Source: Podarcis vaucheri
Lineage: Eukaryota
NCBI GenBank assembly: GCA_965113315.1
Contig: OZ220367.1
Reading direction: 5' to 3' (one strand)
DNA: 64,000 nt
Below are positions 13,137 through 26,349 of this stretch, piece by piece. Position numbers and translations under genes: made by a program. Within the stretch, counting starts at the first letter, position 1, and every line of letters begins with the position of its first letter. The notes below the pieces were generated by a model that saw only the letters and a program-made list of their open reading frames with translations, had not been told where the DNA came from and did no database searches.

Positions 13137-14985
13137 GGCTATACAAGGAAGAAAGTAGTATCTATTAAATAAATGAAAAAAAGTAATCATTGAGTTTATC
13201 TCCTAACACAGATGAGTTGCTGGACTGCCTTTTCCATGTGGTCCTCTAACAAGAAAACAAACAAACAAAAGTGAGTGCAACAAGATGCAAAGAAGAATTT
13301 CTCAAAATCACTGCTGCTCTCAAATTATGAGACAAAACAGATGTTTGAAAACTTCCACATTTGCAGAGAAATATTTAAAATTGTGTAAACTGTTGGGGGG
13401 GGGTGACCAACAAGGTTAAAGAACTATATTGAAAACTTCAGAACATGGAACTTTATAAGTGCAACGCTACCCTTGAAAGCTCCTCCCAGTGCCCATGACA
13501 TCTCTAAGTCTCCTACCACTTTACACATATTTACTGTCACCATTGCCATCTGGTACTTTTCAGTGCTGCCGTTGTGCAGAAACATGGATCCAAGGCACAC
13601 ATTCTCATAATTTTTCAGGGAGACTCCCCTGAAAACTACAGGGCAGTTATGCCCATAGATATGTTATGTGATATGTTGGTTGATTTTTATGGCCATCCTG
13701 TTTTAAAACTATGGGGGGGGGGGTCATGAAGGCCCATAGATCTTGGATCCATGTCTTAGATCCACGCTTTTCTGATGTTTATAAGCTTTACTTTGACTGT
13801 GGTTTTTATTCAGGTGTTTCCAACTTTATACCAACACCTCCGAGGAAAAGCAAAGGATGTGCAACTTACACATGTGTAGATAGCCATAATAAAAACAGAA
13901 ATAATAATGATGATGATGATGATGTTTCTTATAGAGTATACTCTGAGTGTGCACAGCCAGACATACTGAATTGCTTGGATGTCATACAGGACAGGACAGT
14001 CCTAAAACATGATTAAAGAAATAAGTATAGTGCCTATGTAAACAAATTTAAGATTAACCAATAAGCAACCCCACTAATAGCTGGCACACCCAGTACATTT
14101 CAAGTACGGTATATCTACAATGTGCTTGTACATTAGAACTCCACTCTTAAGATATAATAATAATTTTTAAAAAACTAGCTAGAAAAACTCAGCACCAGGA
14201 ACTATTAGTGCTGCCGAAAGATGTGTCCCTCCAATTATGGTCTAAAATTGATCAGAAGAACATATAAGCTGAACATCAAAATGTTTCTAAGTGAATCCAA
14301 TTACCTGAGAAGTGAAAAGTCATCCCAAAGAAGCAGTAGGTTCAGCTATTGAACCATTTCCACTTAAAGAATGTACGACAGATAGCAGTGCTATTCTGGC
14401 AGAGCAAAGGCAGGTTGATAAACCTCTTGACAGAAGCATTGTTGTTAGGATGAATAAGGAAGGTAACCTGATAGCTGTTTTATAAGTTGTAGCTGCCTTA
14501 CCACACCAGCCTTCATCAGCAGAATACACTGAAACACGTAGAACCAAGTCCTGTAAGACCTGTGGCCACACCCTCAGAAGCAGCCACCAGTACACGTGTA
14601 CACACACCAGGCAGCCTTGCCTCACCCAGTCCCTGACAGTTGTCACAACAATCAAAGATGTACCACTGTACAGATGACAGGATTTTGATATCTAGAGGTG
14701 GATCGTTCCAATATTAATGGCAACCTGACGCAGTAGCTGACTAGGAATTCAATATATACAGCTTAAATCTGAAGTGTCTATTAAAAATCAGCAAAAGTAA
14801 TTGTCATGAGCAGGCCATAGTACAAACTGAAAAATCCTGGTAACTGAAAGAACAGTTGTAAATTTTTGGGATCTGTAACTTAGCATTTTGCCATTTTTTC
14901 CTCAGATTGTGGGACTAAACCCTGGCTTTTAAACAAGCCAGGCAAGGTTCTTAAGTCTGCAGCTTTCAACCCTTGATTTCATATA

Positions 14986-15211
14986 CAGTGGTACCTCGGG
15001 TTACATACACTTCGAGTTACAGACTCCGCTAACCCAGAAATAGTACCTCGGGTTAAGAACTTTGCTTCAGGATGAGAACAGAAATCGCATGGTGGCGGCG
15101 CGGCAGAGGCGGGAGGTTCCATTAGCTAAAGTGGTGCTTCAGGTTAAAAACAGTTTCAGGTTAAGAACGCACCTCCGGAACGAATTAAGTACGTAACCAG
15201 AGGTACCACTG
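14986..15211 (+). mobile_element. Tc1/mariner (Tigger/pogo-like) MITE
   Basis: TIR CAGTGGTACCTC...GAGGTACCACTG with TA TSD; same family as the copies at 16674 and 36503. Confidence 0.88.
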
Positions 15212-16673
15212 TAATAGGGTTATGTGCTGCCCATAGATGATGTACCCAAAAGGTCTCTCAAAATGGTTGGAAGGCTCTGCATCATTGTGAGAGCCCACTG
15301 GGCCAAAATTGGGTGAGATCCAGGATTTTTAGATCTCACGGGATTTGGTGGTGAGATTTTGGAGGGCCCTATATAATGTCGTGAACACAAGGATTGGCTT
15401 CAGTTCTGTTTGGCTAGATGGACAGTGAAACTCACCCATCCCTTCTATTTAGGGTCACTCAAGGATACAATTAAGCTTGACACAGCAGCTTGAAACTAAT
15501 GTTGACAACATCACTTATCCTTCTCTTTCTTGACAACAGACCCGTTCCGCACTTTCTAGCCTACATGTGTGCATTGTGCCAATATATGAACACCTGTTTT
15601 AAAAATGAAACATTTCCCCAACACACATGTAACTCCAAGGATTCTACTGAACCACATAACTATAAATCAAACAATTCCATATATTTGATATTAATGGTGT
15701 TTTTAAAAAACAACAACAACCCAACAATCTGCATCTTTACATTTTACTTTCCATATTGCATACTTCTTTAATGATGGGACAATGTTGAAAGCTGATACAG
15801 CATTGGCACAGATTAGACCAAGTACCACTGGGCTTCTCTCCTTCTAAGACTCTCATCCTGTCTATACAACCCACCTGGCCGTTATAACCATTATGCAACT
15901 TATGTAAGAACAGGCACCTGATGCAGTTCCTTGTTTTCCTCCTTCATCAATATCCTCCTTTCTTTCTGTATTGTTTCTGTTAGATTGTAAGCGATTTAGA
16001 TTATGAAATGCTTCAACAGCATTGCCATAGAAGCAGTCTAAAAATGTAAAATTACTGGAGATCCACTGTTTCTGCACTCATTTCCATTTGCCATTGTGCA
16101 TTTTATAGACATATATAAACACAAGGGTTCTGAGATTCTAACTGGAGATGGATTTAGGATTACAGTGAATATTAAAAGCGTATTTGTTATGTATGATTTA
16201 TTATGTATAAAAATGTATGCTCATTCATACACAATGTGTTACACAGGGTTGAATCACAATATTGTTTAAGAAACAGGAGCTATAGGTGAGAGAAAAATAA
16301 TAGATCATGAAAACTTCCAGCTTATCAGCCAGTTGCATGTATGGATCTACTTATGAGCTTATGTTTCAGCACTTGAGGACAAACGTGTGTTTTTTGCTGC
16401 AGCACTTCAAAAGTCTAAGTTACTACAGCAGTCATAATTTTATAAAAAGGAACTTGATTGATATGAGGCAGGAACATTGGTTAAATGTGTAACCTCTGTA
16501 TACCTTCCTTGACCTCACCAGAAAACACACTAAGAAACACCATCTCCCCCTCCAACTTTAGTAACTACCAGATGACACTTAAATGTTTCTCTGTCTCCAA
16601 AAATATTATGCTGTGAATAAACTCAAAAATATTTCTGTCAATGGTATGGCAGATGATTGGCTTATATATGTTA

Positions 16674-16907
16674 CAGTGGTGCCTTGGGTTACAGATGCTT
16701 CTGGTTACAGACACTTCAGGTTACAGATTCCGCTGACCCAGAAATAGTACCTCGGGTTAAGAACTTTGCTCCAGGATGAGAACAGAAATCATGCTCCAGC
16801 AGCAGTGGAAGGCCCCATTAGCTAAAGTGATACCTCAGGTTAAGAGCAGTTTCAGGTTAAGAACAGACCTCCAGAACGAATTAAGTTCTTAACCCGAGGT
16901 ACCACTG
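16674..16907 (+). mobile_element. Tc1/mariner (Tigger/pogo-like) MITE
   Basis: Same TIRs and internal sequence as 14986-15211; TA TSD. Confidence 0.88.
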
Positions 16908-17799
16908 TACTTGGCTGCTGAAAATACACACATTGTTTGGGGAACCCCTATACTGGTGCAGAGTGCAAGTGGAAATAAATTTTAAAATACAAACATCCAA
17001 GTGCCATAAATAATCTTAGTTTATCAAAAAAAACTGTAAAACAAACAAACAAACAAACTGTACAATCAGGCTTTGTACAGTTTCAATAAAGAAACAACTG
17101 AAAGCATGTTGCTAAGGTCTCCATTTGCAAATATTTTTTACTAAGGAGGACCCACAAAACATCCAGTGGGTTTATAATATCTGCTATTCTTGTGGAAAAC
17201 ATCACTATGCTTCAGATGGGATTCCGGGGACTGGTCTCAAAGGAAACTGAGAAACAGCAACTGAGTTTTTCAAATCCTAATGTCAGGTCAGGTTAAAAGA
17301 AAACTCAGAACAGAAAAACACTGGTAGTGTTGCTTGTTGGAATATAAGCATAAAACATAAAAAACCACATTCTATTTCATGGGACATAATTGAGGCCACA
17401 CACACACACACACACACACACAAAGAGTATGCATGGGTTGTTTTCATGAAAGCATTTGTGCAATGATATATTGAAGTTAGTCTGGGAAAGACTTGGCAGC
17501 ATAGCATGATGGAAGACTCAGAAATGGAAATAGCTAAAAACAGCTAATGAGAAAACTCAATCCTATGCGGATCAAAATGAAGAAGAACTGTAGTAGCAAC
17601 AAGGAGACATTTAAGGAAATTACCCATAGTGAGTCTCTAGCTTGGCCCTAGTATTCTTCATAAATCATCAGACCTAGAGAAAAGGTATCTAAGGATTGAG
17701 CATCAGAGCAAGAAAAGTGTATTTTTTCCAGTTACAGAACATATGTCCTTTATGAAAAATAATTCAGAACAATATTATACATGGTGCTTTTCTGTATTT

Positions 17800-18775
17800 A
17801 CTATTCAGTTAATATTATTATTCGCTGCACACCCTGGCAAAAGAAAAAGAAAAAAAAGAACTCAAAGCAACTTATGAACACTAAAAACAGATATAAAAAC
17901 AAGGCTAAGAAAACAACCTAAAATACAATAATACGCATAAAGCAGCATGTCCAACTGGACCCCACTTCACAAAAAATATGCAGACAACTAAGCTCCAAAG
18001 GCCTGGCTGAACAGAAATGTTTTTAACTGGCCCCCAAAACAGATAGTGATGGCACGAGCCGTGCCTTCCTAAGGCAGAGGTGGTTTTAGGACATGACCAG
18101 GGTGGCCACACTGCAGGGGGCGCCACAACAATGCTGTAGAACAGAGTGCAAAAGGAGGGGCTAGCTGAATTTTGCCATTGCACAGGGTGCCACTGAAATT
18201 TGAGAGCCCAAAGCCTACTACTGCCTACGGAGAGAATTCCACAAATGGGGAGCCACCACTGTGAAGGCCTGTTCTTGTGTCACCACCTTCATCATCTCCC
18301 TTAGAGGGGGCATGCAGAGAAGGGCCTCAGCTGGTGTCCAGGTTAGTTCATGTGAAAGAGATGGTCTTTGAGGTATTGTGTCTTAAGCCACATTAAGGCT
18401 TTATAGGTCAAAACCAGCACATTGATGTGGGCCCAGAAACTAAACAGTAGTATGGTTGCCATATTTCAAAAAGTAAAAACCAAAGTCGTTGAGCTCTTTT
18501 TACAAAAACGACAAAAAATCCCACAATTTTTCAGTTGCCTGCCTAAGATCCAGGACAAAGCACTGCCTTTTGGAAATTCCCCCCAGACGTCCATTCTGCC
18601 TTTGAAATCCCAGTAATGTCTAGGGAAATCCGGACGTATAGCAACCCTAATCAGTCGCCAATGCAACTGTGCCAAAATTGGATGTTTCCAAACTGCAGTT
18701 GCAGTTTCCAAACTGTCTTCAAAGGCAGTGCCAGCTATTATTCATTCCAGTAATCTAACTTAGAGGTTATTTTTA
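17800..18775 (-). mobile_element. Degenerate L2 LINE 3' fragment interrupted by MITEs
   Basis: Similarity to the other L2 pieces (GAGAATTCCACAAATGGGGAGCCACCACTGTGAAGGCC, GGCTTTATAGGTCAAAACCAGCAC). Boundaries approximate. Confidence 0.6.
18451..18649 (-). mobile_element. hAT-like MITE (TAGGGTTGC termini) inside L2
   Basis: TATGGTTGCC...GCAACCCTA ends; degenerate 8-bp TSD AACAGTAG/ATCAGTCG; homologous to the insert at 34002-34180. Confidence 0.7.
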
Positions 18776-21700
18776 GCCTACAGAAATTAAGGTGCCAATA
18801 CCATTACTTGCTTTTCATAAGACACACCAGTTTGGTCTGTTAAAATTTTAATAATTCTGCCCCATCACTTTAATATGTGCAATTTACTCTGTTAAAATAA
18901 CCAAGTCAGACACTGAGGCATTCACATAATAACTAATTTACAAAGAACAGATGTGAATCATTAATACAAAAACAGCTGACAAGGAGGAAAGACTATTAAA
19001 CAGCATGTACTGTACTGAGCAGATTGGTTTTTTAAATTACTCACACTTGTTCACTTACAAAAAGAACAAAAACAGACCTGATTTCACATAATAGAATTTT
19101 GTTATTTAAAAGAAATTGCTAAGGTCACTTCACCCAACTTTTTAGACCCAAATGACAGAGCTAGATTTTATAAGAAACATAGAGCCTTTACTAAAAGGTT
19201 GTATCACAGCTTGCCCTCTCATCCATAATGTTTTTTTGATTTGTAACACATGGAGGGCAAAATGGAAAGGAAAGTCCAAAATAGTTCAGCAAAAGAAGGT
19301 TGCCCCTCTTTCTTGTGGGCTCAGGTGTCCAGATTACCTTCTCTTCCAAAAGTGGAAGTAGCAGATGGGAGAGAGGGGTCAGGCTCAGCAAGTGCTTTCC
19401 TGGTAGACAACTGCTTGTGAAAAAATGATTGCACAGAAAGCAAGTGGGGAGGGGGAGTCAGTGGACTAAACATTGGGAAATGTTGTCCTTGCAATATATT
19501 TAGTCCTTTTCCAGATACCACCAACTGGCAAACTTGGTCACTGCACAATGAGAGTTGAGCTGAGTTTATATTCTCACCTGTGTTACAACCACTGAAACCT
19601 TTCACATGACGGAGAAGGTGCCAATTATTACGGAGGATACAGGCTGTTGGGCTTGCTGTTTTTGCTTTACAGTTTTCATCAGGTGTCAACAGACTCTGTA
19701 CAGTGGTACAGTGTACACAAACCTGGGCTGAAACAGGGAAACTTTTTTAAAAAAAATACAAACGGATGTAGAAATGTGGAGAAATGAATTTAAGTTTAGA
19801 AATATATGAGAAATCAAAATTGACAGATCTGCCTGCCCCTGAAAGGAACCGATGATGCAGAAGGAAAGAGGAACTAAGTTGAGTGCAGCAGGATCAAGCA
19901 CAAAAAACTATTTCTCTTATCAACTATTTTTCCCCCCTACACAGGCAGTCTATCTCTCTTGCACTCTTAACAACTAAGGATCTTGATATGTTAAAGGGGG
20001 TAAATGTCACCATCAGTCAACAGTGCAATCCCTCTAGGGATAGAAGAAAGATAAAAATCAGATAATATCTTGTGTTAAATTACTTGGAAGAAAAGGGAGA
20101 TAATATAAATGCTATAAATACTCACTACACATGGTTGCAGCTTTCCAGCATTACCAGCGTTAATACACCCCCCCACACACACACTCTCTCTTTTTCAGTT
20201 ATCTGAGCAGCTGTGAGGGCATGATTCTCTCAGCTCAGTACACCATAGAGCCTAGTTGCAACTCTAATAGTTTGTGGGAACTCTCAAAGTAGTGATGTAT
20301 CACAAGTGCTTGTATGCTTCAACCCCAGGGCAAGGGCCACACAGCAATAGGTCTGCTACCCAGGTTGCAGATTTAAAGGAGACACTAAATTATACATTAA
20401 GGATACACTAATCATGGGGCTTACCCACACTTCCTCTTTTACTGATACTTTCCCCCAGAAAAAAAACCAAAAACGTTTTTTATCGCTCAATTGGGACACA
20501 TTCAGGTTTTCTGTGGATTATTATTTGTTCCAATTTAAACCTAAAAAATGTGTTTTCCCTGGGAAAGGAGTGGAGTGAAGGAAAGATTGGGTCAAGTGGA
20601 AAACTCTTCTTTCTAGGCATGGTACAAGTGGAAGTGTGAATGAGACCATGTCTACTCAAAAGTCCTACTGAATTCAATGGGGCTTACTCCCAAAAGCATG
20701 GTGGTCAGGATTGTAGATTTTGATACCTATTTTTACTTGGGAGCATTTTCTATCTCAGCCTCGTGTGTGTGTGTGTGTGTGTGTGATCTATTTGTTCTAG
20801 ATAGTTTTAATCCAAGCACTGTACCTAAAAACACACACAGTAAGTACTCACATTCCATGGCCTTAAAAAAAAAATTCTCTTAGCCAGCAAAGCTGTAAAC
20901 ACCAGAAGTATGAATTGATCAAAGATGTGGGTTTAAAGAATCCTTCCCAGGCAATGATTCTGCTTTTTAAATATATATATATATATAGATATATAAGAGA
21001 TCAATTTATAGCTGGTGCTCAACTACTTATTTTGGGCAAGAGCTTTAGATGTTGTTTTTAAAAACTTAAAATACACAGTGCGAGAAAATATTGAACTACC
21101 CCCAACCACTGCAAAGAGATCCTGTGGTAATATTGTAGGTTCTATTCACAAGGAACAACAGGTTGTCATAAATAAAACCATGGGACACTAGGCAGCAACA
21201 ATTCTACTGTTTGTTTTCAGTGTTTGAAGCCCAGGAAGCTGCTGTAGAGACACAAGACCATGAAATGCTATCGCCAGCTTTGTTCACAGCAGGGGCATTT
21301 TATCAACACAAATAAGAGCCATGGATTTTCAGGGAAAACAAGGAAAGCAATAGACTCATGCCATGGTTCACAAGCAGAAGTTATAAGAGGCAACCTTAAT
21401 ACTATTCTACTTTTTGCATTATACTGATACCAAAAAACAAATATTGGTGGGAGATAATGAACATACCGGAATGATGTGGGGCATAAGCTATAGGTAGTCA
21501 ACTGTACTATGGAATGTTCCAGGGGTCACTTAAAGTTTGTTATTTCTCTCTGTTTTAAAAGATTTGTGGTGGCTTTACAACACAAAGAAACTAAATTATT
21601 ACCAAAGAAGAGTTTTTAAAAAACTCTTTTTTTTCTTTTATTGTCTTTTTGAGGGCGCTGTTGCAAAAATTCTGTAAATCTGTAGCAGTTATATTACAAG

Positions 21701-22548
21701 TACTTTATTAGGACATGTATGCAAAAGCCAGGTATATAAACAGTCAATACTAAATAGTAATGGTGAGTAAGATATATTTTACAGAAGTCTAGCAAACCAG
21801 AAAATAATATGTGAATAAACACCGGGGGCAGACTTTGGGAATATGGTGCCCTGAGTGAGGACAAAATTGACCCCAAAATATTTATTTTCTTATATTACTA
21901 TTCCTTTTGGAACACACCTTGTTATAGCACCTTCCCTGCATCATCTACCATTCTGCGCATGCTCTCAAGTGCACTATTTGGCTCAGCGCCCTGTCGGGGC
22001 TGGGGCTGGGGACTGCCTGCACTGCCCTAAGAAGGCAGATTTCATAGCACATTTATACCAGAAAGTTCAGGCTACTCAGCAACACTAACACACATTGGGA
22101 ACTGATTTCCATTACAATTGAAAGGTGGTAGCTACACTGTTTAACATATCAAAATGGAACAGAGATTTCAAAAGCTGAGAAACTCATCTTGCGTAACAAT
22201 GATCTTCTACCATAGTGAGGCATCTGATCAAGGCCTGAATTTTAAAATGAGCTTAAAGATATATTTGCAAATGTTTGTATGTTTCATGCCAGGCAGAAAG
22301 CAGCTGGCTAAGAACTCTGGCAGTTGTTTATCTTCCTGCTCTCCTGGACAAGGGCCCCCCTGATTTATAGCAGTAGCAGGAGATAAGTTTCTCAAAGTTG
22401 TAAAAGGGAATTACAGGCTGGGAGCAAAGGTTATACTGACCCTACATATTACAGAATACAATCAAGCTGCAAAAACAGTAATTAAGAGTTGGTAAATAGT
22501 AAGATTTATTGTTTAACAGAAAATAATACCATGTGCCTCCCATCAGAC

Positions 22549-23296
22549 TGTAGCCACATTTTCCTAAGGTTTAAGGTAAGAGCTAATGGGGAAAGCAGCT
22601 GGCTGGGGAAAGGGGGGTGTAAACTGAAGAGGCTTCTTTGAAGCTGTTTTTTTACTGAGTTCCTTTTTACTTTGCAAAGGCCTTTTCTTCTAAAAAGCTA
22701 TCTATGTTATGTATGAGATTTATTGGCTTAATGTAATTATGCAAAGGATTTAGAAAGTAAGAAATGTTAGATTCTTATGTTAGATTCTTATTTCACTGAT
22801 GGTGTGTGAGAATGTGAACCCAAGATCTCTGTTTAGATAGAATTTAATACCATGAGCCATTTGTTTTAGCCATTTGTTTTGGAATGCAGGGGCAACAGGG
22901 GCAAAAGGTGATCTGGTAATTAAGGTGCCTTGTCGAGGCAAATGTAAGATATATGGCTACTTGTCTGCCATTTATGGATAGAAGGAAATATAGCTCTTTG
23001 TCTCCCATAAAAGGTAATAGGAAATGGGTGTATCTTTTATGATTGGTTCTAGCAAACAGCCAATAGGAATTTCAACCAGGCTGATTGGACAGAAGCAGCC
23101 AAAGGAGGAGCAAGGGGGCTGGGCTGAGGAAATATAAGTGCTGGCCATCAGGGCTGGAGGGGGCAGAGCTTTGGTAACCATATACCACTGTGTCTATCAT
23201 TTATTTGTCTGACAAAAAAAATATTATTTTAATTTCTCTAGTGCTGCGTTGAATATTTCATTCCAGCTAAGCGTTAACCACAAGCAGGGTGCTACA
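22549..23296 (+). mobile_element. Probable solo LTR
   Basis: TGTAGC...GCTACA inverted ends, CCAAT/ATTGG boxes at about 23040-23090 and TATA-like AATATAAG near 23131. No clean TSD. Confidence 0.55.
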
Positions 23297-24179
23297 ATAG
23301 CACTAGACCAATAAGAGCACATCAAAGCAGGACAAACTCTATTGGCATCTAGATGAAAAATGGCATTTTATTCAGTTACAAAATAATATTATTTCTCTTC
23401 ATAGGACAGGGAACAATGGGGCAGTTTGATTGTTATGGCATTTCCAGGGACTGCCAAGGCATGACTGCCATGATTTTGGCAGACTGTCTGTGACAAACTT
23501 TGCAGCATTCAGAGATAGAAAGCGAACCTGGGGCTGAATATGGGTGCAACTTCAATTAAATGCTTGCTGAGGAAAAGCTTATGGCTAGAGCACACAACAA
23601 GCAGTTGATATGGCTGAGGTGAGGTAAACAGTTTCCTTACCTCTTAGAGGAGTTACAGAGATGGCCAGGCTTTCCTTGGGTAACTTAGTCAGCTGTATAG
23701 TTTACTGAAACCAGAATGTTCTAAGGCTTAGCTCAACATAGCACAGCACCAGGAGTAGCAGGGTAAGAGCAAAGAAGTCACAATTTTAGCCCTTTGTACC
23801 AGCATGCTTTCAGCAGTGGTTAGGTACTACACAGCAGCATTTTCCCCAAGGATAACAGACAATAGACAATGGTAGTCAACCGCAGCTAAAACCAACAGAG
23901 CTGTATCTCTTTCACTCTTTTACACTGTGTGATTTTAAATGTATAGTGTGAACGCTGAAATCCCATCTCTATCTATCCAATAATTGTTTTAGAAAGGCAG
24001 TCAAATGGTTTATTGAATGTCTCCCTTTGTTTCACAACCCTAATTAAGGGCAAATCAAAAAAGATAATATTGCAATATAAAACTGACAGAGAAATAGTAT
24101 GCATTAACCATTTAATTAGAAATACTATCAATACCCTTTTATCTCCATTACATTAATTTTACATCTCATGTGCAGTCTT

Positions 24180-24295
24180 AGAATCATAGAATCATAGAGT
24201 TGGAAGAGACCACAAGGGCCATCGAGTCCAACCCCCTGCCAAGCAGAAAACACCATCAGAGCACTCCTGACATATGGTTGTCAAGCCTCTGCTTC
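24180..24295 (-). mobile_element. CR1 LINE 3' end
   Basis: (ATTCTATG)n tail on the minus strand; near-identical to the reverse complement of part of 55676-55826. Confidence 0.85.
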
Positions 24296-24762
24296 ATAAC
24301 CCAAGTCTTCATAACCCATGACTGAATGGATAGCAGTTTGTAGAAGTATTTTGCCCCCTGACATTTTCATGTGACCAAAATTTGCTCCTCTGTGTGGCAT
24401 AAACTGAGAAGGCTGTAGTATCTTGTTTTAGTGCAGTTAGTATCACTGGTTATGATGAACAACACTGTCAGCACAGAGCTCTTTTATGGAGGAAGGCATT
24501 TTCTGAATGTTGACTGTACCCTGATTTTTTGTATAAAATGCAATTCTCCATTTTATTTTATTTTTTAAAAAGCTACCTCTAAAGGAGACACAATTTTTAA
24601 AACTTTTATCCTAGGGCGCATACCGAAGTACCCACATAGTGTATAGGAAGGAAGGTGCTAATCAAGAGTAAAGGGATAATACAAAGTGGGAACATTCATT
24701 CATGCCACTAGCAAAGTCTACCGCAGAAGAGTAACTAACCAATAAAATACAGTCAGCATTTG

Positions 24763-24943
24763 CAGTGGCGGAGCTTCATGCTACAGCACTGGGAGAGCAG
24801 AGAGCAGGCAAGGGTGGGGCTGGCACGCGTCCCGGGGGCATGGTGCCCAGCGCAGGGGGGGGGACGGACCATGATGGCACCCTACTGGGATCACGTTGCC
24901 AGGGGTGGTGCACTCCCCCCGCACTCCTCTTCCTCCACCAGTG
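24763..24943. mobile_element. GC-rich hAT-like MITE
   Basis: CAGTGGCGGAG...CTCCACCAGTG ends with perfect 8-bp TSD AGCATTTG. Confidence 0.8.
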
Positions 24944-26165
24944 AGCATTTGCATAGCATCACTTTGGAAAGTGATGTGGCACTTGGAGGGCTTGATGAGC
25001 AGTAGATGATAGCCCAGGATGGACCACAGGAGCAGCTGTGGCTACCTTATCTTCCAGACTGATATATTTATATTTTGTTGATGTAAGAGTTGGCAACCCT
25101 ATAAAGAGATGAACACCATGCAAGTGAAGCTCTCAAAGGTGAAACTATGTGAACTCACAAAGGCAAAAACCCTTGGGAAAACCAGCATTTATACATTAAC
25201 CACCTTGAGTTGAGCAAGCACCTTAATTTCCAGAAGAGGGATAATAAGTGGGCAAATACCCACATTTCAGCTCATACTCTATTTTCTATAAATTGTTCTA
25301 TTACAAGTATCTGATTGTATGGCTCTCTTGTTTCTGAAATTACTGACACATACATCTATGTATATTTTATCTTACAAATATTTTCTATTATTATACAATC
25401 TCCAACTATACTAGAAATCTTCCATCACTGTTCATTTTTGCAATGTTAAAGGAGTATTTTTATTGACTCACCAGCTTTATGGAAACTTCTTCCTTCTGTT
25501 TTTTAATAAACAAGAGCACTTCACTAGTTTTTAAAAAGTTAAGGGGCTCATAAACAGAGTGGGGGCCCTAAACACTGGCACAATGGGTTCTAAAAATACC
25601 AAATGCATGCAATTTATCTCCTTATTAAGTTAACTGGTTTATTGCTTTACATATCCGGAGGCATCCTAAAGTGTTTTACAATATACATTGCTAGGTTTTC
25701 AATCCAAAGGAGGAAAGGGTAATATAAAATAGCACAAAACAGTGTCTCCCTACACACAGGACAGACACCTCTAGTCATTTAAATCCTCACCACCAATGCA
25801 GTACCCAGGAGTTTTCATCTAGCATCAGAAAGATGACAAATTAGTGCCAGGTGAGCTTCCCTGAAGGGGCTATCACTAAAGAGGCCTGTTCTTTTGTAAC
25901 TATCCTCTGAATATCTCAGATACTCAGGGTACACAGAGAAGGGCCTCGGTTGTTGATCTCACAGGTTGGTATGGGGAGAGACATCACAAAAGGTATTGGA
26001 GTTCTAAGATATATAAGGTTTTAACAAAGAAAATGTCAGCCAGTGTAGGTTGAATGCTCAGATTAGTGAGTCCTGTCACATTTTGCTCTAGCTGCAGTTT
26101 CTGAACTGTCTTCAGAGGCAGCCCAACATTCAACACATTGCAGTAAGGATCAAGGATACCAGGCC

Positions 26166-26349
26166 CATGTTGTTTAGTCGTTTAGTCGTGTCCGACTCTT
26201 CGTGACCCCATGGACCAGAGCACGCCAGGCACTTCTGTCAACATTTCCCTTTTTTTTCCCATAGCTGTCAACATTTCCCTTTTTTTAAGGGAAATTCCCT
26301 TATTCTGAATAGGATTCCTTGCAAGAAAAGGGAAAAGTTGACAGCTATG
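26166..26349. mobile_element. Small palindromic hAT-like MITE interrupted by BovB
   Basis: CATAGCTGTCAAC...GTTGACAGCTATG termini; 8-bp TSD ACCAGGCC at 26158-26165 and 26350-26357. Confidence 0.75.
26169..26239 (-). mobile_element. RTE-BovB LINE 3' end
   Basis: AGTCGTGTCCGACTCTTCGTGACCCCATGGAC is the reverse complement of the characteristic BovB 3' end; short (CAA) tail. Confidence 0.82.

Noticed and set aside
14304-14395. Minus-strand exon-like segment
   Set aside because: Stop codons in all three frames.
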